NCBI GenBank assembly: GCA_963811105.1
Contig: CAWEPZ010000011.1
Coordinates: forward strand, 224,001-288,000
Length of the DNA stretch: 64,000 bases
Origin: Candidatus Bathyarchaeota archaeon
Lineage (GTDB): Archaea > Thermoproteota > Bathyarchaeia > Bathyarchaeales > Bathycorpusculaceae
Direction of reading: 5' to 3'
In this document: positions 11,444 through 21,133 of the stretch, piece by piece
Position numbering within the stretch: position 1 is the first letter of the stretch
How the letters are laid out: every line of letters starts with the position of its first letter
Notes under the pieces: model-generated
Databases searched by the model: none
What the model was told of the DNA's origin: nothing
The model's input: only the letters and a program-made list of their open reading frames with translations
Position numbers and translations under genes: made by a program

Positions 11444-12484
11444 TTGGTGAATCTGTTGCAGGTCGCCGTCTATTATAATAACCATGACGTTCGAATCCAA
11501 GAAGTGCCCATCCCTCAAATCGGCGATGAGGAGGCTTTGTTGAAGGTTATGGCGAGCGGCATTTGCGGCAGCGATGTTAACGAGTGGTATCGTGTTCCTA
11601 AAGCCCCGATTGTTTTAGGTCATGAAGCATCAGGAGTCATAGAGAAAGTTGGCAGCAAAGTCAGTAGCATTAAGGTGGGTGACAGAGTTTTTGTTTCTCA
11701 TCATGTGCCTTGTTACCAATGTCGTTATTGCAAAAGAGGCATTCACACCGCGTGCCACACATTGCATACAACAAATTATTTTCCAGGCGGCTTCTCACAG
11801 TACATTAGGATACCAAAAATCAACATTGAATTTGGAATCTACAAACTGCCAGATGACATGTCTTTTGAAGAAGGCACATTCATCGAGCCATTAGCATGCG
11901 TCTCGCGGGGGCAACGCTTGGCAGGCTTGCAAGAAAACGATACTGTTCTGATTATCGGCGGGGGCATTGCTGGAATTCTGCATACGCAACTTGCTCACTT
12001 CAAAGGCGTAGAAAACGTAATTGTAGCTGACATTAACCCATACCGGTTGGAGCTTGCCAGAAAATTTGGCGCAACCAATACTCTAAATGCCAAAGAGAAC
12101 CTGCCCCTTCAGTTTAAAGAAGCGAACGAGGGAAGGTTAGCTGACCAAGTTGTCGTCTGCACAGGAGCCACTTCAGCTTGCTTATCGGCGCTGGAGTGCG
12201 TTGAAAGTGGCGGAACAATCCTATTTTTTGCCGTTCCGGACCCGACTGTGAAGTTGCCAATTCCAATAACTCAGTTTTGGAGAAACGAAATTACATTGCG
12301 TACAAGCTATGGTGCGTCACCTAAAGACTTAGAGGATTCGATGAGTATCTTAGCCACAAAACGGCTCAACATAAAAGGCATGATTACTCACAGGTTGAGT
12401 TTGGGTGAGGCGCAGGAAGGTTTCAAGTTGATGACGGAGGCTGGACAATCTTTGAAGGTTATTCTGGAACCTAATCGCCCGTAA
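11444..12484 (+). CDS. Zn-dependent medium-chain dehydrogenase (sorbitol/threonine DH-like)
   Basis: GICGSD, GHE, CxxCxxC..C, GGGIAG. Confidence 0.9.
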   Translation: MVNLLQVAVYYNNHDVRIQEVPIPQIGDEEALLKVMASGICGSDVNEWYRVPKAPIVLGHEASGVIEKVGSKVSSIKVGDRVFVSHHVPCYQCRYCKRGIHTACHTLHTTNYFPGGFSQYIRIPKINIEFGIYKLPDDMSFEEGTFIEPLACVSRGQRLAGLQENDTVLIIGGGIAGILHTQLAHFKGVENVIVADINPYRLELARKFGATNTLNAKENLPLQFKEANEGRLADQVVVCTGATSACLSALECVESGGTILFFAVPDPTVKLPIPITQFWRNEITLRTSYGASPKDLEDSMSILATKRLNIKGMITHRLSLGEAQEGFKLMTEAGQSLKVILEPNRP

Positions 12485-12525
12485 GTCATTAAAAGATAAA
12501 AACATAAACAGACATACAACTAGCC

Positions 12526-13140
12526 ATGCCTGACGTATTTGATGCAATTAAAGAGCGGAGAAGCGTAAGAAAATACCAGGCCAGCACTGTTGCGCCTGAT
12601 CTTGTTGAGGAAATATTGGCAGCGGCTGGCTGGGCTCCTTCAGCACATAATGCGCAACCATGGCGATTCATCATTTTAACTGACGATTCTGTCAAGCGAC
12701 TCTTGGCTGAAGCTATGGCAGAGTCATGGGTTAAAGACATGAATAAAGACGGAATAAACGTTGACTCGAACACTCGGCAGGTTAGAGTCGATAGATTCGC
12801 AACCGCACCCATAATTATTCTTGCATGTTTAACGATGAATGGCATGAATAAATTCTCTGACGAAAAGAGACAGAGGGTTGAGATGGATTTAGCAATGCAA
12901 AGTTTTGGTGCAGCTATGCAAAACATGTTTTTAGCGGCGCAGGCGAAGGGTTTGGGTGCATGCTGGTTTTGCGCACCTGGTTTTTGTAAGGAAACTGTTA
13001 GAAAGGTATTGAAAATTCCCAAGGATGTCGACCCTGAAGCACTTGTTATAATGGGCTATCCAGCAGAGAAACCGCACGTGCCAACGAGAAAACCATTACG
13101 CGATTTTTGTTTTAAAAACAAGTGGGGGCTTAGACTCTAA
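12526..13140 (+). CDS. Nitroreductase family (FbiB C-terminal-like)
   Basis: RRSVRKY, APSAHNAQPWRF, GLGACW. Confidence 0.9.
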   Translation: MPDVFDAIKERRSVRKYQASTVAPDLVEEILAAAGWAPSAHNAQPWRFIILTDDSVKRLLAEAMAESWVKDMNKDGINVDSNTRQVRVDRFATAPIIILACLTMNGMNKFSDEKRQRVEMDLAMQSFGAAMQNMFLAAQAKGLGACWFCAPGFCKETVRKVLKIPKDVDPEALVIMGYPAEKPHVPTRKPLRDFCFKNKWGLRL

Positions 13141-13475
13141 GATTTTATCATTGTTAGAAGCATTTTGAACTTTGTTTTCGCCATCAAGGCATGAGGATCG
13201 TTGGCTGGCATAATAGTAACTTCACCTTTTCTTAACTTCAGTGGTTTGCCCGATATGGTAACATCTACTTCGCCATCAAGAACATAAACCAAAGCATCAT
13301 AGGGCGCGGCATGTTCGCTTAAACCTTGATTTTCATCGAAAGCAAAAAGCGTCACAGTTCCCGTTTTCTTGTCAATTAAGGTGCGGCTTACCACAGAGCC
13401 TTCTTGATAATCGATTAAGCCTTCAAGGCTTGAGGTTTTTGCAACGAGCGATTTGGAAGAGAGTTTTTTACTCAA
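13137..13475 (-). CDS. Cupin domain protein
   Basis: LSEHAAPYDA..VLDGE, MPANDPHAL. Confidence 0.9.
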   Translation of the reverse strand: MSKKLSSKSLVAKTSSLEGLIDYQEGSVVSRTLIDKKTGTVTLFAFDENQGLSEHAAPYDALVYVLDGEVDVTISGKPLKLRKGEVTIMPANDPHALMAKTKFKMLLTMIKS

Positions 13476-13873
13476 AGTTTTGCCTCGGTGTATTGCTTGT
13501 CAGGAATAAAATCCATAGAAATCGAGTTTACGCAGTGCCGAGTATTCTTCTCCGTAAAATGTTCACCCATAAATACATGGCCTAAATGGGCGCCGCAGCC
13601 AGCACATTGGATTTCAGTTCGCATTCCATCAGGGTCAGGAAGCTGTTTAACGGCGCCTGGAATTTCCTCGTCAAAGCTGGGCCATCCGCAGTTTGCTTCA
13701 AACTTTTTTTCTGACCTGTAAAGTTGGGCTCCACACCTTTTGCAGACGTAGGTGCCTTTTTGCCAAAAAGCGAAGTATTTACCTGTGAAAGGCATTTCTG
13801 TACCCTTATCCTCGATGACATGCTTCTCTTCTGGAGTAAGCTGCTTAGTGGTATCTCTTTGAGAAGTGGACAT
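13472..13873 (-). CDS. msrB: Methionine-R-sulfoxide reductase
   Basis: GTE.PF, CGWPSF, RTEI.C..CGAHLGHVF, RHCVNS; start placed at Met 13873. Confidence 0.95.
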   Translation of the reverse strand: MSTSQRDTTKQLTPEEKHVIEDKGTEMPFTGKYFAFWQKGTYVCKRCGAQLYRSEKKFEANCGWPSFDEEIPGAVKQLPDPDGMRTEIQCAGCGAHLGHVFMGEHFTEKNTRHCVNSISMDFIPDKQYTEAKL

Positions 13874-13979
13874 AATTACCAATTTAACTATGTTTTTGCG
13901 ACCTAAAAAGCATTCTGTCCGAGTGGTGCCGATAAACAAATATAAGCTAAGCTGAATTATTTATTATTGAGGTTCTTCT

Positions 13980-14261
13980 ATGGTTGAAATAAGTAGATTA
14001 TTCTGGAAAAAGGCATTCACTTCGGACAATTTTTTACTTGGCGATGTTGAAAGCGCAGAGTTGGATATGAATACTTGGCAGATTACTAATTTTTTTATTG
14101 GCTTAAGCGATGACGCCGCAAAAAAACTAGGATTCAGGAGACCTTTTCTTGGTAGAGTAGTGATTTGTTTGCCTGTTTCTGCTATCAAAACGTTCCAAGA
14201 CACGGCCATCCTTAACAAAACGAGTGCGGAGCTCCAAGATCTTAAAGAATGCAAAGAATAA
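13980..14261 (+). CDS. PRC-barrel domain protein
   Basis: KKAFTSD..LLGDV...ELD...WQI pattern. Confidence 0.7.
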   Translation: MVEISRLFWKKAFTSDNFLLGDVESAELDMNTWQITNFFIGLSDDAAKKLGFRRPFLGRVVICLPVSAIKTFQDTAILNKTSAELQDLKECKE

Positions 14262-14456
14262 TCGTTGCAGATTAATAATGGTCAATTAGAAATTTACTTT
14301 TTTTTCTTAATTCGTATTCTTATATGTAGCAATAGTTATGCCAGCTGCTCATCCCCACCACAGGTGCTTGTTCACTTTCACCCAGCCCTCCACTGCCCCA
14401 ATTAGTCCCATTGTTCGGTTGTTTTAAATAGCCCAAACATACATCATCCATCAAAT

Positions 14457-15521
14457 GTGAACGTAATGAACGAAGACGAAGATGCCCAAACCCAAAAAGA
14501 AGCAGAAGCAACGGAAGAAGATGAATCAGAAAAGCAGCCAAAATATGAGTTCATAGAAGACCTGCCCGGAGTAGGTCCAGCCACAGCTCAAAAACTCAGA
14601 GAGCTCGGCTACCACACGGTAGAATCTTTAGCTATGGCAACATCGCGAGAACTTGACCCTGTAGGAGTAAGTGAGAAGAAAGCCTTCCAAATTATTGAAG
14701 CTGCTCGATCAGCAATCGGGATATCTTTCGTCCGAGCGGATGAACTTTTTAAGAGACGCAAAACTGTCTTGCGGCTAAGCACAGGCAGCAAAGCCATAGA
14801 TAAAATTGTTGATGGCGGTTTAGAAACTCAAACCATAACGGAGTTTTACGGGGAATATGGTAGTGGAAAAAGCCAGATATGCCATCAGCTATGCGTCAAT
14901 GTTCAGTTGCCTCCAGAACGAGGCGGATTAAACGGCGCAGCCCTTTACGTTGATACAGAAAACACTTTCAGGCTTGAACGTATAGTGCAGATGTCTAAGT
15001 TTTTAGGATTAGATCCTGAACAAGTTGTGAAAAACATCATCTATGCGGAAGCATACACTTCAGATCATCAAATGTTTCTTCTTGAAAACGCAGATGAAAT
15101 AATCAAAGCAAACAACGTGAAATTAATAATTGTAGATTCATTAACTGCACATTTCCGAAGTGAATACCTTGGAAGAGAAATGTTAGCTTCAAGACAGCAG
15201 AAACTTAACAAGCACATGCACAAGCTAATCGGTTTAGCCCGAGCGTTCAATGCTGTAGCAGTTGTAACTAACCAAGTGATGGCTAAGCCAGACCAATTCT
15301 TTGGCGACGCAATTCACCCAATCGGCGGAAACATTGTTGGCCATACAAGCCACACACGTATCTATTTGCGAAGGGCGCCACATGGACCTATACGTATTGC
15401 TAGGTTAGTCTCAAGTCCGTATTTGCCGGAGGGAGAGGAAATCCTTAAAGTAACCGAGAACGGAATAGAGGATGTCTCTGAAGAAGAAAAAGCAGAGAAA
15501 GCAAGCAAAAGTCGGCGTTAA
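14457..15521 (+). CDS. radA: DNA repair/recombination protein RadA
   Basis: HhH DLPGVGP, GEYGSGKS, DTENTFR, IVDSLTAHFR; no intein. Confidence 0.97.
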   Translation: MNVMNEDEDAQTQKEAEATEEDESEKQPKYEFIEDLPGVGPATAQKLRELGYHTVESLAMATSRELDPVGVSEKKAFQIIEAARSAIGISFVRADELFKRRKTVLRLSTGSKAIDKIVDGGLETQTITEFYGEYGSGKSQICHQLCVNVQLPPERGGLNGAALYVDTENTFRLERIVQMSKFLGLDPEQVVKNIIYAEAYTSDHQMFLLENADEIIKANNVKLIIVDSLTAHFRSEYLGREMLASRQQKLNKHMHKLIGLARAFNAVAVVTNQVMAKPDQFFGDAIHPIGGNIVGHTSHTRIYLRRAPHGPIRIARLVSSPYLPEGEEILKVTENGIEDVSEEEKAEKASKSRR

Positions 15522-15523
15522 AT

Positions 15524-15991
15524 ATGCCTATACCCCAAGCCTTGGTTTCACGGTATTTCCAACTTTTGGTTAGCAGGCAATTCACTGAAGCCGAGCGAGA
15601 GTTGGAAAAAGTCAAGCAGAAAATGCAGAAAACAGATTGGAACAGAGGTTATTTCAGAGCATTGTATGGGATGTTTCTATCACGCAAAAATGCGGCAAGC
15701 GACGATTATGCATTCTTTGCCAAATTGGACTTGAGCGACAAGGTAGCATTGACGTCTTATAAAAAAGAATTTCTTAACCACGTTGGCAACGGTTTGCACG
15801 GTGATTTTGATCGCGGATACTTTTCAGCTTGGGCAGAGTGTATGCGCGTCCTAACACGCATGGATATTCCAGGCTCGCAAAGCAGCAATGGAAAGGCGGC
15901 TGAAGAAGAAAAAATAGAGACTCTTAAAAGTGATAGGAGTCAAGCTACTATTGCTAATTTTTTGAACAAACCTAAAACTGATGAAGAATAA
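15524..15991 (+). CDS. Conserved hypothetical protein coupled to radA
   Basis: Starts 2 nt after radA stop; internal repeat W/F(N/D)RGYF.A. Confidence 0.75.
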   Translation: MPIPQALVSRYFQLLVSRQFTEAERELEKVKQKMQKTDWNRGYFRALYGMFLSRKNAASDDYAFFAKLDLSDKVALTSYKKEFLNHVGNGLHGDFDRGYFSAWAECMRVLTRMDIPGSQSSNGKAAEEEKIETLKSDRSQATIANFLNKPKTDEE

Positions 15992-16007
15992 TTCTTTAAT
16001 CTATAGG

Positions 16008-16298
16008 TTATGCGATTCTTATAATTGTATAAAATAGGATGAAGAAGGGTAACCATACCATGAAGTACATGAATATAGCTGTACTGAGGATTTTTGATTG
16101 TTTTTCTACTTTGTTTTTGTATACTGCTCTTAAAGGGTAGTAGGATGCTAAGTAAACTACGAGTGCTATTGTTATACAATCAACAAGTATGCTGAGGTCG
16201 TTTGCGGTGCCCAGATAAAAACCTACGACTGCACTTAAAAAGCCTGCAACTAAGGCTAATGCGACACGTATCCAGTAAAGTTGTACTAACGGAGTCAT
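16008..16298 (-). CDS. Small 3-TM membrane protein (EMC6-like possible)
   Basis: 96 aa; three TM segments ending W...ILFYT. Confidence 0.65.
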   Translation of the reverse strand: MTPLVQLYWIRVALALVAGFLSAVVGFYLGTANDLSILVDCITIALVVYLASYYPLRAVYKNKVEKQSKILSTAIFMYFMVWLPFFILFYTIIRIA

Positions 16299-16473
16299 CT
16301 TAAACGAAATCCTTGGGTGAGTATATTTTATTCTTACTTAAAAAACATGCCTAGATATTAACAGTTTCTGCTTTTCAAAAATCAATTCAGACCCAACTTA
16401 ACTGTTTTTAGGTGAAAGAGTTATTTCATAGTCAAGCCTCTCTATAGAATCCGACTTATGTTGGGTGTAGGAA

Positions 16474-18531
16474 TTGCACAAGAAAGAAATTACAAGCTTC
16501 GACATCGCAGCAGCAATCAGTGAGCTAAAGGGCACAATTACTGATTCCAGAGTTAACAACATCTATCAACTTGATGAAAAAACGTTAGTTTTCAAACTTC
16601 ACAAAACAGACACGTCACCAATACGGCTTGTAATGGAAGCAGGTAGAAGATTACACACCACTAGTTATGCCGAAGAAAATCCCGCTGAACCTCCAGCATT
16701 CTGTATGGCGCTTAGAAAATACCTACGAAATGCCTGGGTAAGTGGTATTGACCAACATGAGTTTGAAAGGATTATAACAGTTACCTTTGGGACAAAAACT
16801 GGTATGTTAAAGCTGGTTTTAGAGCTTTTCGGCGAAGGTAACATCATACTAACAAACGAGCAAAATGTAATTATTCACGCTTTAATCTACAAAAAAATGC
16901 GTGACCGCGACATTCTGCACAACGTAGTTCTTCAGCTTCCGCCTTCAATTAGCAAAAACCCCTTCAAAATAACTATAGAGGAACTGGAGGAAGCCCTCAA
17001 AAACACAGGTGAAACTGAGGTTGTTAGGTCAATAGCACGTTTCTTAGGAGTTGGAGGAGTTTATGCTGAAGAAATTCTTCTCAGATCGGGCGTGGAAAAA
17101 ACCAAGCACTGTAGCACCTTGACAACGGTTGAAGGTAAACGCATTTTTGAAGCGCTTCAAGGTTTGCTCTCAACTATTTCAAACAAACGTTTGGAGCCAT
17201 GCATTGTTCTGAGCGAAGATGGAGATTTCTTGGATGTCGTACCGTTCACACTTAGGCGTTATGAAGGCTACAAAACACAGGAATACAACTCTTTCAATCA
17301 GGCTTTAGATGAGTTTTACCTAAGGGTAACAGTTGCGGAAAGAGCTGTTAACGCTGTTGAAGTTGATAAGATAAAAAAAGAAGCTGAACGTCTTAGACGG
17401 TTGGTTGCCGACCAAGAAAAATCTATAAAAGAAGACACAACCAAGGCGCAGCGGGACAAACTAATCGGCGACACAATTTACGCTCACTTCAGCGAACTAC
17501 AAACATTCAAAGACCAACTTCTAAAAGCCAACGAACAAGGAAAGGAGTGGAATACGATAATTACTGAGGCCTTAGCTACCAAGAAAACGGGCAAAATTCC
17601 TGAAGCTTATATTGAATCGTTTGATGGCAAAAATCTTGCATTGAATCTTTGTATGGACAACCTTCATTTTAGCTTCAGCTTGAGAGATTCACTTTTTGAT
17701 AATGCCAATGTGTATTATGAACGAGGAAAAAAAGCTAAACAAAAATCTGCTGGGGCATTGACAGCGCTGACGGACTCAAAGAAAAAATTGGCGAAAATAG
17801 AGCGTGAACTGCTCGAAGCAGAGAATCTCAAGAGTCTTAAGCCGGCGGAAATTATTGAAGCGCTCTCAAAACGTAAGGCGGAGATGGAAAATAGGGAGTG
17901 GTATGAAAAATTCCGTTGGTTTACCAGTTCCGACGGCTTCTTGGTGGTGGCGGGCAAAGATACTGTGAGCAACGAAGTGCTAGTTAAGAAGTATACAACG
18001 CAGGAGGATGTTGTTTTTCACGCTGAAATCACTGGGGCACCTTTCGTAGTTGTCAAAGCTGAAGGCAAAACCATAAGCGAGCAAACACTCCGCGAAGCAG
18101 GCGAGTATGCGGCATCTTTTTCAAGGGCATGGAGAGAAAACGCAGGTTCAACCGACGTCTACTGGGTAAAGGTAGATCAGCTAAGCAAAAGTGGTCCTTC
18201 AGGAGAATCAGTTCCGCATGGAGCCTTCTTTGTTGTTGGCAAACGAAATTGGACACGAAACGTGCTGCTTAGAACTGCAGTCGGCATAATCATCGATGAT
18301 GAAACCGTCTTTGTTGGTGGATCCGTGGATGCAGTGAAAGCCAAAACCAAAGCATATGTTGTCCTCCTGCCTGGTGACACGCAAGGTAAAGATCTTTTAA
18401 AGCAAATCCTCAAATCACTAATGCTAAAGTTGCCCAAAGAACAAAGAGAAAAAGCCGGCAAGACATCCATTGAGCAAATCAGAGAGTATGTACCCTATAC
18501 TAAGGGAGCAATAAGTCAGAAAATGAATTGA
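16474..18531 (+). CDS. rqcH: Ribosome quality-control factor Rqc2/RqcH (NFACT family)
   Basis: FCMALRKYL, ELFGEGN, WYEKFRWF.SSDG, FHAEI.GAP. Confidence 0.93.
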   Translation: MHKKEITSFDIAAAISELKGTITDSRVNNIYQLDEKTLVFKLHKTDTSPIRLVMEAGRRLHTTSYAEENPAEPPAFCMALRKYLRNAWVSGIDQHEFERIITVTFGTKTGMLKLVLELFGEGNIILTNEQNVIIHALIYKKMRDRDILHNVVLQLPPSISKNPFKITIEELEEALKNTGETEVVRSIARFLGVGGVYAEEILLRSGVEKTKHCSTLTTVEGKRIFEALQGLLSTISNKRLEPCIVLSEDGDFLDVVPFTLRRYEGYKTQEYNSFNQALDEFYLRVTVAERAVNAVEVDKIKKEAERLRRLVADQEKSIKEDTTKAQRDKLIGDTIYAHFSELQTFKDQLLKANEQGKEWNTIITEALATKKTGKIPEAYIESFDGKNLALNLCMDNLHFSFSLRDSLFDNANVYYERGKKAKQKSAGALTALTDSKKKLAKIERELLEAENLKSLKPAEIIEALSKRKAEMENREWYEKFRWFTSSDGFLVVAGKDTVSNEVLVKKYTTQEDVVFHAEITGAPFVVVKAEGKTISEQTLREAGEYAASFSRAWRENAGSTDVYWVKVDQLSKSGPSGESVPHGAFFVVGKRNWTRNVLLRTAVGIIIDDETVFVGGSVDAVKAKTKAYVVLLPGDTQGKDLLKQILKSLMLKLPKEQREKAGKTSIEQIREYVPYTKGAISQKMN

Positions 18532-18587
18532 ATAACAAAACTCAATTAGAAAATGAGAGCGCTGTAAAAAACGCTAAGATCTGGGGT

Positions 18588-19097
18588 TTATTTTGCTTTG
18601 TTGGCTTCTGCCGTTTGGAACAGGTTCTTGACAGCTTTCTGTCGGTACTTCTGCGCCAGTGTTTCTGCAGTAACGTAGGTTAAGGCTTCTTCTGGACACC
18701 ATTTGACGCATTGTGGCTCTTTGGTTTCGTTGTCTGTGCAGCTGTTGCATGTGAACACGATTTTCTTTTCTGGGTGCATGTTCATGGCGCCGAATTGGCA
18801 AGCGCTAATACACCATCCGCAGCCGTTGCAGGCTTGTTCGTCAACACGGATTATTCCGCTGTTTTCTTCTTGGCTAAGTGCGTCTCTTGGGCAGGCAGCT
18901 ACGCATGCTGGTTCCTCGCAGTGTCTACAAGTGATTGCCATGTTTATTAATGGACCCATACGCATTGCGCGTATTCGTGACTTGGTTGGGTTGAAGGTTT
19001 TTTCGTTAACCATACTGCAAGCGTACTCGCAGACCAGGCAGCCGATACATTTTTCTGGGTCTGCTGTTACGAATTTTCTGTCTTGTGGGCGTACCAT
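18588..19097 (-). CDS. 4x[4Fe-4S] electron-transfer subunit (DmsB/HydN-like) of AOR
   Basis: Four CxxC...CxxxC motifs; adjacent to aor. Confidence 0.9.
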   Translation of the reverse strand: MVRPQDRKFVTADPEKCIGCLVCEYACSMVNEKTFNPTKSRIRAMRMGPLINMAITCRHCEEPACVAACPRDALSQEENSGIIRVDEQACNGCGWCISACQFGAMNMHPEKKIVFTCNSCTDNETKEPQCVKWCPEEALTYVTAETLAQKYRQKAVKNLFQTAEANKAK

Positions 19098-19098
19098 A

Positions 19099-21018
19099 TT
19101 AATTTCCTCCTACAGTTGCTTCTACCGTTTGAGGCTTTGCAATTTGAGCAGCTTTCATTGCGTCTTCAGCAATGTACGCCAAGTCACCGAGGCCTAACTG
19201 TTGCAAGCGCTCAACGGTTGGGATACCGTCAACGGTCCATCCTCGTGAAGCATAGTAATCATCTAAACCAATTGCCATTTCTTCGTCGCTGACACAAACA
19301 CCTTTTGCTGGGCCTTCGTCCGGCACGGGGAAATTCTTTATCTTGTAGGGTACATCATCGAATTTGCGGGTCCCTTTTCCCTCGCGTATGTTGAATAGCC
19401 TTGCCAAGTTTTCGATTCTATCGCCGTCTTTGATCATTTCTTCAACGGTAATTGGGATGCCAGTTGCCAAAGTGTAATAGTTAATCAGATCTTTCCAGCC
19501 GTCATAGTATGTGCCTCTACTGAATTTGCAGACGATAAGTGAGTCAATAATGTTGTACATGTGGCTTTCTTCAGTGATCATTTTGCCTCTGCCTTTCTCA
19601 ATTTTGAAGCGGTTTACTTTGCCTTTAACGTCAGGTGAGTAAGCGCCGTTTCTGAGGTGACATGCGCCTCTGAACGAGACACTAAAGCCAAGTGCAGCAG
19701 TTTTGAGTGTTCGCAGGTCGTAGCCTGGCAGTTCTAAGCCTTTAATGTGGCAAGCGTACTTGTAAGCATCTCCGCCGATTAATTCAGCAGCTCTTGCAAC
19801 TCCTTCTGCAAGTATATTGCCTAGCCAGCCTTCGCGTTTGCCGATTTTGTGAATTATTTGGATCAGGGCTTCAGCGTTTCCGAATTTGAGGTCAATTCCG
19901 TCAGTTTGTTCCTTCGTGATTATGCCGTGCTCATAGAGATCCATTGCGAATGCAACGACAACGCCGATTGATATGCCATCCATGCCGTATTCGTTTACGA
20001 TGCGCATGGCCTCGATTATAGCGTCTAATCTGTCGACGCCGCAGAGTGGTCCCATGCTCCATAGACACTCGAACTCAAGCCTTGAAGTTGAGCCCTTATA
20101 TGGTCCCTCTGGGACAACGCCAATATGGTCACAACGCATACCGCAAGTTGCGCAGCCTACAATTTTCTTAACATAATGCTCATTGAAGTATTCACCGCTG
20201 ACTTTATTTGCGCCTTCAAAAGTAGCATTAGTCCAGTTCCTTGTTGCTAGCGCTGATAACGAGTTGAGGACCAAAACGTTTTCAGGCGTCCCTAAGGTCT
20301 TGTATTTCTTGGTAGATGGACCCTTCATTCTTTCATAAATCATTTTGACAAATTCTTTGAAACCATCAAGGTTTGCAACGTTAACATCATGTGTTCCACG
20401 AACTGCAACTGCCTTAAGGTTCTTTGAGCCCATGACTCCACCCATACCACTTCTTCCAATAGCTCGGAATTCATCATTTATAATGGCTGCAAACCTGCAG
20501 AGTTTCTCTCCTGCCTCGCCAATGGCTGAGACACGGATGTAAAAGTCGCCTAGTTCACTTCGGATTTTGTCATCGGTCTCTTTAACGGAAGCGTTCTTTA
20601 AGTATTCGGCATTTCGGATTTCAACTTTGTCATCGTCTAGCCAAAGGTAGGATAGTTTGGGTGCTTTGCCTTTGATTACCACAGCGTCGTAGCCTGCTCG
20701 TTTCAGGTCTGGACCGAAGAAGCCGTGAGCTTCTGCATTGCCGATACCACCTGTGGCGGGAGATTTGGACACGACGGCGTAGCTGTTGCCGCCCGTTGGC
20801 CCCATCGTGCCGCTGAGTGGACCAGTTAAGTAAATTAACGGGTTATCAGGGTCATAGGGGTCTGTGCCTGGTTTTGAATTGTCAAATAGTAAGCGGATGC
20901 CTAAGCCTATTCCGCCAATGTAGTCTTTAGCCATCGTTTCTGATAATGGCTCTGTTTTTATTTCTCCCGTTGTGAGGTTAACATGTAAAATTTTTCCTGC
21001 GTAAGCAAACATGCTCAT
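19099..21018 (-). CDS. aor: Tungsten aldehyde:ferredoxin oxidoreductase family
   Basis: SKSPATG, GRSGMGGVMGSKNLKA, CATCGMRC, GMDGIS, RGACHL. Confidence 0.93.
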   Translation of the reverse strand: MSMFAYAGKILHVNLTTGEIKTEPLSETMAKDYIGGIGLGIRLLFDNSKPGTDPYDPDNPLIYLTGPLSGTMGPTGGNSYAVVSKSPATGGIGNAEAHGFFGPDLKRAGYDAVVIKGKAPKLSYLWLDDDKVEIRNAEYLKNASVKETDDKIRSELGDFYIRVSAIGEAGEKLCRFAAIINDEFRAIGRSGMGGVMGSKNLKAVAVRGTHDVNVANLDGFKEFVKMIYERMKGPSTKKYKTLGTPENVLVLNSLSALATRNWTNATFEGANKVSGEYFNEHYVKKIVGCATCGMRCDHIGVVPEGPYKGSTSRLEFECLWSMGPLCGVDRLDAIIEAMRIVNEYGMDGISIGVVVAFAMDLYEHGIITKEQTDGIDLKFGNAEALIQIIHKIGKREGWLGNILAEGVARAAELIGGDAYKYACHIKGLELPGYDLRTLKTAALGFSVSFRGACHLRNGAYSPDVKGKVNRFKIEKGRGKMITEESHMYNIIDSLIVCKFSRGTYYDGWKDLINYYTLATGIPITVEEMIKDGDRIENLARLFNIREGKGTRKFDDVPYKIKNFPVPDEGPAKGVCVSDEEMAIGLDDYYASRGWTVDGIPTVERLQQLGLGDLAYIAEDAMKAAQIAKPQTVEATVGGN

Positions 21019-21133
21019 TTTTCCCTCATTGTTATTTAGCTGAGTCATTTGAAAAGTATATTAAGTTAATGGCTAATTTATCTAAAATTTCACGTTTCCC
21101 GCCGACGTGTTTTTAATTGCATAACGCAAGAAA

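Noticed and set aside
12489-13022. 177-aa antisense ORF and similar shadow ORFs (e.g. 18703-19197, 53754-54203)
   Set aside because: Each lies opposite a well-supported gene and shows no motifs of its own.
14457-15521. Intein in RadA
   Set aside because: Normal length with a continuous Walker A region.
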